Below, one piece after another: positions 21,920-30,765 of a stretch of DNA of 64,000 nucleotides; position 1 is the stretch's first letter; each line of letters starts with the position of its first letter. The DNA comes from Opitutales bacterium (GTDB taxonomy: Bacteria; Verrucomicrobiota; Verrucomicrobiia; Opitutales; Opitutaceae), in NCBI GenBank assembly GCA_038206205.1, contig JBBRBC010000012.1:2518-66517 (forward strand), read 5' to 3'. The notes beneath the pieces were generated by a model. It had not been told where the DNA came from and did not search any database. It was given only the letters and a program-made list of their open reading frames with translations. A program made the translations under genes and the position numbers.

Positions 21920-22801
21920 TCAGTTATAGCGGCTCGGGAAGCCAAAATAGTCCAGCAACCAAGCTTCCTTCCACACTCGGAAGCGACCTTCGGGCGTGAT
22001 TTTCCCATATTCTTCGCGCTCGGCATTGGGTACCAGAAATCCCAATTGGGTATTAATTTGCTCCATCTGTTGTTGCTGACGATTGAGATCTTCCAGGGGT
22101 TCGGTATCCCAGACCACGGTGGTTTCCTCAGCCACTTTCAATCGTTTGAGGTGGTAGGCGAGCATGTTGGGCAACGTGCGCCGCCAAGGACTTCGGTCGA
22201 CCAACCAATTTTCCGGATAGAAACCACCGAAGGGCAAAAAGAAATTATCGGTCACATACCGCTGCCCACTTTGCGTCTCAGTGGATAAACTGTAGCAAAC
22301 GGTGATGGCACCATTTTCTTGGGGTAGAAAGGCTACTTGCAACCGCACCGTATTTTCGCGGTTTTGATAAACTGAAACCCGCAGCCAAATACCTCCTCCA
22401 ATCTCAGATTTAAGCGCTTGCACCGTGGTGAAATGATTGGTCCGAAGCCAGTCGCGGACTTTCAGCAGGCGGCGATTCGTCGGCCATTCGCCACCACTCG
22501 CATTTAAAATAAACTTCGGAAATAAAGGCAGAGGACTGAGGCTGATCGCACTTACCCGGAGCCAATTAAAAACCGATTCTGCGAGTAACCAGAGAAGAAA
22601 CGCCGTGGTTAATAAAACCCAGTAGGGCCGATCAATCCAACCACTGCGCAGACTTGCTTCTGCTGCAAACAAAGTGAAAAGCAGCCAGCGCAACCAGCGG
22701 ATAGGAATGGCCAATAGCGGTGAGGCTATTCGCAAATTTACGTAAAGCAGAAGCAACAGGGCTGTGGTGGCGGCGAGTAACCATGCGAGGATCTCGGTCA
22801 T
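21920..22801 (-). CDS. Membrane protein (3 N-terminal TM helices plus soluble domain), unknown function
   Basis: 293-aa ORF with protein-like composition, in the low-GC block downstream of dnaN. Confidence 0.6.
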   Translation of the reverse strand: MTEILAWLLAATTALLLLLYVNLRIASPLLAIPIRWLRWLLFTLFAAEASLRSGWIDRPYWVLLTTAFLLWLLAESVFNWLRVSAISLSPLPLFPKFILNASGGEWPTNRRLLKVRDWLRTNHFTTVQALKSEIGGGIWLRVSVYQNRENTVRLQVAFLPQENGAITVCYSLSTETQSGQRYVTDNFFLPFGGFYPENWLVDRSPWRRTLPNMLAYHLKRLKVAEETTVVWDTEPLEDLNRQQQQMEQINTQLGFLVPNAEREEYGKITPEGRFRVWKEAWLLDYFGFPSRYN

Positions 22802-22852
22802 GATTATTCTCGGGATAAAATGTCCGGCTAAAACCGTGATATTTCTCGCCGT

Positions 22853-23977
22853 TTAACTCAGCCGCACCGGCATAATCACGCATACGAAGTTTTCGAGTGT
22901 TTTAAAAACACCCGGACTTACCTCATCCTTCACCTCGAAAAATACCTCGTCTTTGGTCAAGGCGCGCAACGGATCCATGATGAACTGAGGATTAAAGGCC
23001 ACTTGGAGTTCCGGACCGCTATAGGCAATGGCCATTGATTCATGCGCTTCACCGAAATCAGGGGAAGACGCGGATATTTCCAACAGATTGGTGCTGACCT
23101 TTACTTTGACGGAATTTGATTTTTCCGAAGTAACAAGCGCCGCACGATGGACGCATTGCAAGAATAGCTCCCGTTCCAATTTAATGCGCTGATGGGTTTC
23201 TTTCGGGATAACCTGATGATAATTCGGATAATTTCCCTCCACGACCTTGGAAAAAAGATAGATGCTATCGCAGAGTCCACTGGTGTCTTTACCGGTCTCA
23301 ATTTGGAAAGCCGCGCGGCGTTCGTTAAACGAGATGGTCAATTTGTCGCCTTTACCCAGTAAACGAAGTAATTCCGCGACCGTTTTGGCCGGAAGAATAA
23401 TCGCGCCCGCATTGGCCGCGGGAACAGGCAGTTCTTTGCTCACTAAGGCCAAACGTCGGCCATCCGTCGCTACAAGTGAGAGCTTACCATCCTTAAAATT
23501 GAAATAGACACCTGCGAGGATGTAACGGGTTTCATCGGTAGACTGCGCGTAAGCGACGTTGCCCAACATCGTGGCCAATTCACCTTGTTCGAGCGTATAG
23601 GTCTTGTCGTCGCCTGTATCTGGTAACTTGGGAAATTCCTCAGCGCCGATTCCCATGATCTTGAAATGAGAACCACCTGAAGAAAGTTTAACCTGATGGT
23701 TAGTCGCTACATCAAGCGTGACATCGACATTGGGTAGTTCCCGAACAATGCCGGCCAACCGTTTGACCGGCAACGTGACACTGCCGCCTTCCTTGACCTC
23801 CGCCTTGATTTTGCAACGGATGCCCAAATCAAGATTGGTCGTGGAAAGAGAGATGTAATCCTTTTCGGCTTCGATGAGCACATTGCTCAGGATAGGCATC
23901 GCGGCTTTGGAGCCAACGACGTTGAGGACTTGGGCAAGACCGTTGCTGAAGTGATCGCGATTGATCTTAAATTTCAT
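22853..23977 (-). CDS. dnaN: DNA polymerase III beta sliding clamp
   Basis: [10 protein letters not shown]... start at 23977 (the ORF track extends to a TTG at 24016). Three-domain clamp pattern, with ATDGRRLAL and a C-terminal MPVRL. Confidence 0.9.
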   Translation of the reverse strand: MKFKINRDHFSNGLAQVLNVVGSKAAMPILSNVLIEAEKDYISLSTTNLDLGIRCKIKAEVKEGGSVTLPVKRLAGIVRELPNVDVTLDVATNHQVKLSSGGSHFKIMGIGAEEFPKLPDTGDDKTYTLEQGELATMLGNVAYAQSTDETRYILAGVYFNFKDGKLSLVATDGRRLALVSKELPVPAANAGAIILPAKTVAELLRLLGKGDKLTISFNERRAAFQIETGKDTSGLCDSIYLFSKVVEGNYPNYHQVIPKETHQRIKLERELFLQCVHRAALVTSEKSNSVKVKVSTNLLEISASSPDFGEAHESMAIAYSGPELQVAFNPQFIMDPLRALTKDEVFFEVKDEVSPGVFKTLENFVCVIMPVRLS

Positions 23978-24175
23978 CGGGGCAGGGGTGGCGTTAATGG
24001 AGTTCTTCCCAGACAATGGATGAATAGATAGTATTCAATAAGGAAGTATCACTATTACTATGGTCTGCGAATATCTGGGTAACCAGCTTATTTCCGAGTG
24101 AACAGGGTTACGCGAAACGTTGCGAGTAGTTTTGGCCGGGGTGCGAATAAGCCAAGGGTTGTTCACAGCCGGGAG

Positions 24176-25090
24176 TTATTCAGAAGATTCCTGACGCATC
24201 TTCACAACCTTATTGCGAAGCATGCGGCGTTGGCCGTGACGCACGCTGCGCTGATAATGCGCGAAGAGTCCGTAGATAATATAACCGAGAAAAAGGAAGA
24301 AAAAGGAGATTTCGTGCCAGCGCCAAACCACTACCCCGATAATGAAGAGCAGCACCGCATATTTCAGTCGGGCCTTCATTTGAAAATCCACCTGTTTAAA
24401 GCTGGGATAGCGCACGGTGCTGACCATTAGAAAGGAAACGAGTACCAAAATGAAAGGCAGCGCCAAAGCCCATTGCCCAAGTTCCCGGTCATTCGCCGAT
24501 AAATTCAACAATAATAAAACCAAGGAGGCGACCGTTCCGGCGGCCGCCGGTATCGGCAAACCAACGAAATCTTTACTAGATTCCGCTTCGCCCCGGTAAA
24601 GGAGTGGATGGGTAATCACATTGAAACGGGCGAGCCGCACCGCCCCACAAAGCAGATAAATAAAGGCGATTAACCAGCCAAATTCGCGAAACCACTGATA
24701 GTTTTCCCGGGGTGACAGAATCAGGAAAAAAACCATCAAAGCCGGTGCCATACCAAAAGAAATCACATCAGCCAGGGAATCAAACTCGGCACCAAAAAGC
24801 GAACTGCGCCCACTCATCCGGGCCAGCCGCCCATCGAGCATATCAAAAACGACTGCGATCAATATAAACCACACCGCCTGAGTATAAAGTGTGTTGGCCG
24901 ACAGGAACTCATACGTTTTGTAGTAGTCACCGGAATCGGTGATTAACCGGGCTTGAATACATTTGATGATGGCAATGAACCCGCAAAACAGGTTTCCCGC
25001 CGTCATTAGATTCGGCAGAAAATAAATCCGGCTCGCTTGATTGACGTGATTGGGATGGTCGCGTTGGACGGGCTGGACGGGATCAGGCAT
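24176..25090 (-). CDS. pssA: CDP-diacylglycerol--serine O-phosphatidyltransferase
   Basis: CDP-alcohol phosphatidyltransferase motif DGRLARMSGRSSLFGAEFDSLADVISFG. Multi-TM. Confidence 0.85.
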   Translation of the reverse strand: MPDPVQPVQRDHPNHVNQASRIYFLPNLMTAGNLFCGFIAIIKCIQARLITDSGDYYKTYEFLSANTLYTQAVWFILIAVVFDMLDGRLARMSGRSSLFGAEFDSLADVISFGMAPALMVFFLILSPRENYQWFREFGWLIAFIYLLCGAVRLARFNVITHPLLYRGEAESSKDFVGLPIPAAAGTVASLVLLLLNLSANDRELGQWALALPFILVLVSFLMVSTVRYPSFKQVDFQMKARLKYAVLLFIIGVVVWRWHEISFFFLFLGYIIYGLFAHYQRSVRHGQRRMLRNKVVKMRQESSE

Positions 25091-25099
25091 GACGTGGGT

Positions 25100-25450
25100 T
25101 TATTTGGTGAGACTTTCGAGATATTTCCAGAACTTGCTGTGCTGTTCGACTAGTTGCTGCTCGGAAACAGGCAACTTTAGTCGGAAAAGCGCATCTTCCA
25201 AGGAATCCTTGTGCAGGATATAGTGGGTGTGAAGCTTGTCCTCATCCACCGTGAAATAAAACCGGAAATCGCCCGCGCGCAGTCGGTAGAAATCGATGCC
25301 TTTGCGGTTAAACTTACCCAAGGGCTCACGCGGATGGGCCAAAGCGTCCGGCGTAATTAGGCTGATCGGTTCGATGGCGGACATCTGCGTGAGTTTATCG
25401 AGCCGGTTGAGCTCGCGCATACTTTGTTCGGAGAAGGTGACTTGATACAT
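25100..25450 (-). CDS. Hypothetical protein with weak RelE/ParE-like core
   Basis: 116 aa. YRLRAGDFRFYFTVDEDKLHTHYI resembles the RelE/ParE beta-sheet core (yRiRvGdyRviY). No adjacent antitoxin ORF. Confidence 0.4.
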   Translation of the reverse strand: MYQVTFSEQSMRELNRLDKLTQMSAIEPISLITPDALAHPREPLGKFNRKGIDFYRLRAGDFRFYFTVDEDKLHTHYILHKDSLEDALFRLKLPVSEQQLVEQHSKFWKYLESLTK

Positions 25451-25556
25451 GGCGGAGAAGAATAAACCTGTGAAAGACTGCGTTAATCAACCCCACACTG
25501 TCAGCAACGTTTATCCCCAGGAGGAAAGTATCTTTCTCTGAGTCGGCAATCAACCG

Positions 25557-26831
25557 CTACGGTTTCTTTCCATAAGCAGGTTCCACTTTAATTAAGGCAG
25601 TGATGATGAACGACGGGATGGTGGCGACACACACCCAGAGGAAGAATTTTTCGTAGCCGAGGTGATCTTGAATCCAGCCGGCGGCCAGCCCTGGCAGCAT
25701 GATTCCCGCCGCCATGAAGCCCGTGCAAAGTGCGTAGTGGGCCGTCTTATGCTCACCGTCAGCGATCATCATCATGTAAACCATGTAAGCGGTGAACCCG
25801 AAGCCGTAGCCGAATTGCTCCACCGCGAGAGCCGCGCTGATAAGCGGCAGGCTTTCTGGCTGCGTTTTTGCCAGTAGAAAAAAAACGGCAATCGGCGCAT
25901 GCATGATCAAGATCATCGGCCAGAGCATCCGCTTCAACCCGTGGCGCGAAATCAAGTAGCCGCCGAGCAGGCCACCCGCGAGCAACGCGATGACGCCGAC
26001 GCCGCCGTAGGCCAGGCCCAACTGTTGATTGGTCAGACCCAGCCCGCCGATCACCCGGGCATCGAGCAGAAAAGGCTCCACGAGTTTTAAAGCCAAAGCT
26101 TCGGCCAGTCGATAGGTGAGCAGAAAGCAGAGAGCGATGATGATTCCTGGCTTGGAAAAAAATGAACCGAACACGCGAAAAAAATCTCCAGCTGAACGGT
26201 TTTTCTTTTTTGTGACCGTGTCAGCGGGCAAAACCGGCAAACTCCAGCGGTGATAAAACCCCGCCAGCAAAAAAACGGTGGCGAGCAGCAAAAAAATCAG
26301 ACTCCACGCCTTGGTGGGATTACCCGTGACGCCCATTAGCCAGCCCGCCAGCCAGACGAGACCGCCTTTGCCGGTGAGGATGGCGAGACGAAAGCAGGTG
26401 CTGCGCACCCCGACAAACGCCGCCTGTTGATCAGGGGAAAGCGCGAGGAGATAAAAGCCATCCGCCGCAATATCGTGCGTGGCGGAACTGAAGGCCATGA
26501 GCCAAAGGAGCACGAGGGCAAACCGGACAAAATCCGGAGCCGGGATGGTCAGGGCCATCAGGCCAAAAGCCAGACTCAGGACGAATTGCAGGCCCACGAT
26601 CCAGTGCCGCTTTTTTCCAAATAGATCAATCAACGGTGACCAGAGCGGTTTGATCACCCAGGGCCAATACGCCATGCTCGTATAAAACGCGATGTCGGTG
26701 TTCGAGACGTGCAGGTTTTTGAACATGACAACCGACAAGCTCGTCACCACCACGTTGGGCAGACCCTGGCAAAAATACAGCGACGGCACCCAGCGCCATG
26801 CGAGCAGTGCCTTCGGTTTGGGATTTTCCAT
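25557..26831 (-). CDS. MFS transporter, AmpG-like (muropeptide permease family)
   Basis: About 12-14 TM helices with an AmpG-like N-terminus (WRWVPSLYFCQGLP ... WSPLIDLFGKKRHW). I prefer the start at ATG 26831 (MENPKPK); the ORF track extends to 26873. Confidence 0.75.
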   Translation of the reverse strand: MENPKPKALLAWRWVPSLYFCQGLPNVVVTSLSVVMFKNLHVSNTDIAFYTSMAYWPWVIKPLWSPLIDLFGKKRHWIVGLQFVLSLAFGLMALTIPAPDFVRFALVLLWLMAFSSATHDIAADGFYLLALSPDQQAAFVGVRSTCFRLAILTGKGGLVWLAGWLMGVTGNPTKAWSLIFLLLATVFLLAGFYHRWSLPVLPADTVTKKKNRSAGDFFRVFGSFFSKPGIIIALCFLLTYRLAEALALKLVEPFLLDARVIGGLGLTNQQLGLAYGGVGVIALLAGGLLGGYLISRHGLKRMLWPMILIMHAPIAVFFLLAKTQPESLPLISAALAVEQFGYGFGFTAYMVYMMMIADGEHKTAHYALCTGFMAAGIMLPGLAAGWIQDHLGYEKFFLWVCVATIPSFIITALIKVEPAYGKKP

Positions 26832-27089
26832 CAGATTAAGTCTCAGGGGAAGTGACGAGGAATGGGGCTGCAAGAAATGCGGCCGGTCTAGGGCTTGGAA
26901 CCGGACGATGGGGCCTTGTCAGTCTGGTGCAACGGCAGAGCGTTGAAAACTTCCAACCAAGACCAAGCGGTCTTTGAGAGACACGCGGGAGTTTGTTGTT
27001 TGTTGCCAAAAAACAGCGCAATAATTAAATCTGCGGAATTTCTGGAATAAGACTGGTCGCCGTGGCCTGAAATTTGCTAGAGCAATGCC

Positions 27090-27680
27090 ATGAAACGCCA
27101 CCCTGCCTTCGTTGTCCTGCTCGCCCTGTTTCTCGCTGCTGCGCCTGCCGCCCTCGCTCATCCGGGCCACGAGGGCCACGAATTGACTTGGGATTTTACC
27201 ACCGGGTTCACCCATCCGCTTTTTGGCTGGGACCATCTTGTCGCCATGCTGGCAGTCGGTCTTTGGGCCGCGCAACTTGGTGGCCGCGCGCGCTGGTTCG
27301 TGCCGGCGGCGTTCGTCACGGTGATGGCCATCGGCGCCGCGCTCGCGCAGAACCGGTTGATGATACCCGCAGTGGAGCAAGCCATCGCGGCCTCGGTGCT
27401 GGTGTTGGGTTTGCTGATTGCGAATGCCACCAAGGTGTCGGTTGGCGTGGGCATGGCGTTGGTCGGACTCTTTGCGATGTTTCACGGTTTTGCTCACGGA
27501 GCTGAGATGCCAGCCACCGCTCGTGGGTTCAGCTATGGCGCTGGTTTTATTTTTGCTACCGCGCTCATTCACGCTGTTGGTGTGAGTGTGGGCCTGCTGG
27601 CTGCACCGCGTGCCAAGCAAGTGACTCTAGCCGCCGGCTGGGCCATCACGGCTTGTGGCATCGCGTTGTTCGCGGTTTGA
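27090..27680 (+). CDS. hupE: HupE/UreJ-family nickel transporter
   Basis: Signal peptide, then HPGHEGHE and GFTHPLFGWDHLVAMLAVGLWAA, the HupE/UreJ signature. Lies next to the urease accessory genes. Confidence 0.85.
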   Translation: MKRHPAFVVLLALFLAAAPAALAHPGHEGHELTWDFTTGFTHPLFGWDHLVAMLAVGLWAAQLGGRARWFVPAAFVTVMAIGAALAQNRLMIPAVEQAIAASVLVLGLLIANATKVSVGVGMALVGLFAMFHGFAHGAEMPATARGFSYGAGFIFATALIHAVGVSVGLLAAPRAKQVTLAAGWAITACGIALFAV

Positions 27681-27691
27681 AGGATTCTGCG

Positions 27692-27771
27692 TTGGAGGCG
27701 GGGTGCCCTCACCCCGCAGGTTTCAATTCTCGGAGCGTCCGTCTCGCGGGGTGGGGGCACCCCGCCTCCAA
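27692..27771. terminator. Long inverted repeat (26-bp arms, 1 mismatch) between convergent hupE and ureD
   Basis: TTGGAGGCGGGGTGCCCTCACCCCGC ... GCGGGGTGGGGGCACCCCGCCTCCAA. Its position between convergent gene ends suggests a bidirectional terminator or a palindromic repeat element. Confidence 0.6.
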
Positions 27772-27787
27772 CAAGGCATTGATCGCC

Positions 27788-28603
27788 TCACAATTTTCGC
27801 AGATCGCACGCGAGTTTTGGAAAATGTCCCGCCAGAATCCGGCGCAACTCCAGCATGGTTTGCCGCAAGCGAAGACTGTCCGGTGCCACGCACTTGAGGC
27901 TCCAACCGCCGCGCCGCAGCGCGCTCACACCGAGCCAAATCCCTGCGCGATGCAGCGCCGTCACGGCCGGAATCCACGTGGCTGTGCCCTCGGCTAGCAG
28001 CACGGCATTGCCAAAACAGGCCGTCGGCCCGGAGCCGTTGAGCTCGGCCAGTGCGCGCAGTGCGGCTCCGGAATGCGTGAAACGTTCCCGTAAAATAAGT
28101 TCTCCACTCAGACGTACATCGATTTCCAGACAGAGTTTTTCCCACGCCCACGCCTCGCCGTGCCCTACGCGACCGGGCATCAACAGATCCGCGAAAAACA
28201 GCGCGCCGCCGGTGGCGACCTCGATGTGCGTCATCTGCCGATACACACATCCACGATGCGGCACGAGCGGCTCGGGCAGGACCTCCAGCCAGCCACCGGA
28301 CGCGACCGTAAAATGTTGCCGGCACTCGGCGGTGCCATCCTTCATTTTGAATACCCGGCTGGCGCTCGGCGTTGTAACCAACAACGCGGCATTCTCGGCG
28401 ACGGTGATATTCGATTCGAGCCGGTCGCCCGAAAGAATTCCCGCCGTGGGATTCACCACTTGCACGAGCAAAGTGCGCGCGGCCTCATCCCAGTACGGTT
28501 TGCTGATATGGTACGGCGCGCGAAACGATTGCGTGGCCAGCACGGTGCGGCCATCGGGTCGCGCCTCGGCGCGCAGCGTCAGTTGTCCGGAGAATTCAGC
28601 CAT
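27788..28603 (-). CDS. ureD: Urease accessory protein UreD/UreH
   Basis: 271 aa. Its position after ureG, and its pattern (YHISKPYWD ... VNPTAGILSGD ... TPSASRVF), fit UreD. Confidence 0.8.
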   Translation of the reverse strand: MAEFSGQLTLRAEARPDGRTVLATQSFRAPYHISKPYWDEAARTLLVQVVNPTAGILSGDRLESNITVAENAALLVTTPSASRVFKMKDGTAECRQHFTVASGGWLEVLPEPLVPHRGCVYRQMTHIEVATGGALFFADLLMPGRVGHGEAWAWEKLCLEIDVRLSGELILRERFTHSGAALRALAELNGSGPTACFGNAVLLAEGTATWIPAVTALHRAGIWLGVSALRRGGWSLKCVAPDSLRLRQTMLELRRILAGHFPKLACDLRKL

Positions 28604-28688
28604 GATGCTTATAAGGGTAGGGCGAATCGTCCCGATGAGCCGGGAGTTTGTGGTGTGCTCATCGCTCGGCTCATCCGGAGGATTCGCC

Positions 28689-29315
28689 CTACCTTTTGGC
28701 CTTCTGTCCGAACAGTACCTCGCGCTCGATCCAAGCGATCACTTGGTCGAGGTTATGTTCGCGTTTCAGGTCGCAAAAGAGAAATGGCCGCGTGCCGCGC
28801 TGGATTTTGGCATCGCGTTCCATCACGCCGAGATCGGCCCCGACGAGCGGGGCAAGATCGATTTTGTTGATGATGAGTAGATCGCTAAACCGGATCGCCG
28901 GTCCCCCCTTGCGCGGGATTTTGTCTCCTTCGGCCACGTCGATCACGTAGATAAACGCATCGACCAGCTCCGGCGAAAACGTGGCGGTGAGATTATCGCC
29001 GCCGCTTTCGACCAAGAGCAGTTGCAGGTCGGGGAACTTCGCCTCGAGCGCGCGACACGCTTGTTCGTTCATCGTGGTGTCGTCGCGGATGGCGGTGTGC
29101 GGGCAGCCACCCGTTTCCACGCCGGCAATGCGCTCTGCCGTCAGGGCACTTTGCTTGATAAGAAACTGCGCGTCTTCGGAACAATAAATATCGTTCGTCA
29201 CGACTGCCATCGAGTAGCGCTCGCGCAGCCGCTGACAAAGTTTGAGACAAAGCATGGTCTTGCCGGAGCCAACCGGGCCACCGATGCCAATTCGAGGAGA
29301 GCGAGAGGGAGCCAT
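28689..29315 (-). CDS. ureG: Urease accessory GTPase UreG
   Basis: P-loop [35 protein letters not shown]. Confidence 0.93.
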   Translation of the reverse strand: MAPSRSPRIGIGGPVGSGKTMLCLKLCQRLRERYSMAVVTNDIYCSEDAQFLIKQSALTAERIAGVETGGCPHTAIRDDTTMNEQACRALEAKFPDLQLLLVESGGDNLTATFSPELVDAFIYVIDVAEGDKIPRKGGPAIRFSDLLIINKIDLAPLVGADLGVMERDAKIQRGTRPFLFCDLKREHNLDQVIAWIEREVLFGQKAKR

Positions 29316-29321
29316 AGGAAA

Positions 29322-29405
29322 TTAACCACTAAGCCACACTAATGACCACTGGTGGAGACAAAACATTTCTGAGATTAGTGATCATTAGGGTGGCTTAGTG
29401 GTTAA
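29322..29405. repeat. 84-bp palindromic insert (28-bp arms, 2 mismatches) in the ureF-ureG junction
   Basis: TTAACCACTAAGCCACACTAATGACCAC ... GTGATCATTAGGGTGGCTTAGTGGTTAA. The right arm overlaps the ureF stop codon (29402-29404). Confidence 0.85.
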
Positions 29406-30184
29406 GAAATAAACATCCGCGCTTCAGCCGTCTCATGCCGGGCCGCGGCAATATCCAACCAGGGATTAAACCAACCGATCTCCGTGAACGGCACTTGCTC
29501 CGCCGCCGCGATGATGGCCGGAGCGGCGCCGAGCGCTTCCGTCAGTAGCGACTGGCTGGCATTCTGACCGAGCCGCAGCACTTTCATCGCGGCCGAAAGC
29601 AAGGCAGCGACCGTCGAGTAAGTGATGCCCGATAAAACTGCCGGCAACGGCGCGCCCAGCACGCGGCCTTCGAGGGCCGCCGAAACGGCTGGCGAACAGG
29701 GCCACGTTTCCGCGGTGGCCCGTTGGAGAAATTCGCGGGCCACCGGACTTTCCCGCAGCGTAGCCATCAACTCTGCGCGTTGCCGACCGATATTCTCGGC
29801 GGCGAAGCGGGCTTCCTTGGCTGTCTTCAGTGCGGAGGAAAGCCGGCAGATTTCACCAAGTTGTTTCCAATCCGGTCCCTCAAAGGCACGCCAAGCGTGG
29901 GCTGCCAGCGGTAACTCGGTGTTTTGCAGAGTGGGTAAAGTGGAGCGAAAAATAAATTCCCTTAACGTGGCCCGATCCCGCACGACGCCTTCCTGTACGA
30001 GCGCTTCGAGCCCGAAGGAATGCGCGTAGCTGCCCGTGGGATAAAAAGAATCCCCGGCCTGCAGAAGTCCAACCAGCCACGCGGCGGATGAGGGAGTCTC
30101 GACCGTTGTAGGTGGCGAGCTCGTCGCGTAACGTGGCGCGACGAGCTCGCCACCTACCCCGGAATTCATCGTGCCTTCTGCCAT
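29402..30184 (-). CDS. ureF: Urease accessory protein UreF
   Basis: LLQAGDSFYPTGSYAHSFGLEALV is the UreF signature. I prefer the ATG at 30184, just after the ureE stop (30186-30188). An alternative is the ATG at 30214. The ORF-track start at 30319 overlaps ureE. Confidence 0.8.
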   Translation of the reverse strand: MAEGTMNSGVGGELVAPRYATSSPPTTVETPSSAAWLVGLLQAGDSFYPTGSYAHSFGLEALVQEGVVRDRATLREFIFRSTLPTLQNTELPLAAHAWRAFEGPDWKQLGEICRLSSALKTAKEARFAAENIGRQRAELMATLRESPVAREFLQRATAETWPCSPAVSAALEGRVLGAPLPAVLSGITYSTVAALLSAAMKVLRLGQNASQSLLTEALGAAPAIIAAAEQVPFTEIGWFNPWLDIAAARHETAEARMFIS

Positions 30185-30185
30185 T

Positions 30186-30650
30186 TCAATGCTTGTGGCT
30201 GGTTCCGAGTTCATCCGTGGATTTATTTCCGCGCGCGAAACGTCCGGGGCGAAAAAGCGCCGTAGTCGGAGTAAAGGGGACTTGCAAGCGGTCGAGCAAC
30301 TGCCGCACGGCGGGTTCATCCGCCGTCAGGAGCCGCTCGGTTTCAGCCGAAAGTTCGAGATGCAGATTGCCTATCGCCCAACCGATGCCCGCAGCGGCCG
30401 CAGGGGTGATCTCCAGGGAAATTTCCAGCACCGCTTCAGGTAATTGGCGGATGAGATAACGCGCGATGCTGGTCTGCCAGACCACCGCGCCGTCTTTGAG
30501 CGGGGCATGCAGTTCAAAACCAAACTCCAGTCCATCTGCCGCCGACCCCCGCCACCGTCGCTTGGCGAGTTTTAATCGTTCGACCGGTACCGCCACCTTG
30601 GACAAAGTGGGGTCGGGCTGGGCAACGGGGTGTTGAATTATTTGCAGCAT
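30186..30650 (-). CDS. ureE: Urease accessory metallochaperone UreE (no His-rich tail)
   Basis: Fits by position in the ureE-F-G-D order and by the central GWAIGNLHLEL (UreE GNRH-type motif). Confidence 0.7.
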   Translation of the reverse strand: MLQIIQHPVAQPDPTLSKVAVPVERLKLAKRRWRGSAADGLEFGFELHAPLKDGAVVWQTSIARYLIRQLPEAVLEISLEITPAAAAGIGWAIGNLHLELSAETERLLTADEPAVRQLLDRLQVPFTPTTALFRPGRFARGNKSTDELGTSHKH

Positions 30651-30765
30651 GGAACGGAGAGCAGGGTTAACGATCGTGAAATCAAAACGCCGGGGCGCAA
30701 GACTCGAGGCGATCGCGGGGTTACTGGTAGTGCCCAGTGCTTTGGCTGGAGACGGTTTGCGCGCG

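Noticed and set aside
24017-24175. DnaA-box cluster / oriC upstream of dnaN
   Set aside because: Only weak matches to TTATCCACA (TTGTTCACA at 24159-24167, and a partial inverted GTGAACA at about 24098). There is no array of boxes, no adjacent dnaA and no obvious DUE, so the evidence is insufficient.
30185-30319. Extended UreF N-terminus overlapping ureE by 134 nt
   Set aside because: The extension (MNPPCGSCSTACKSPLLRLRRFF...) is not UreF-like and overlaps the ureE coding region. An ATG lies immediately after the ureE stop.
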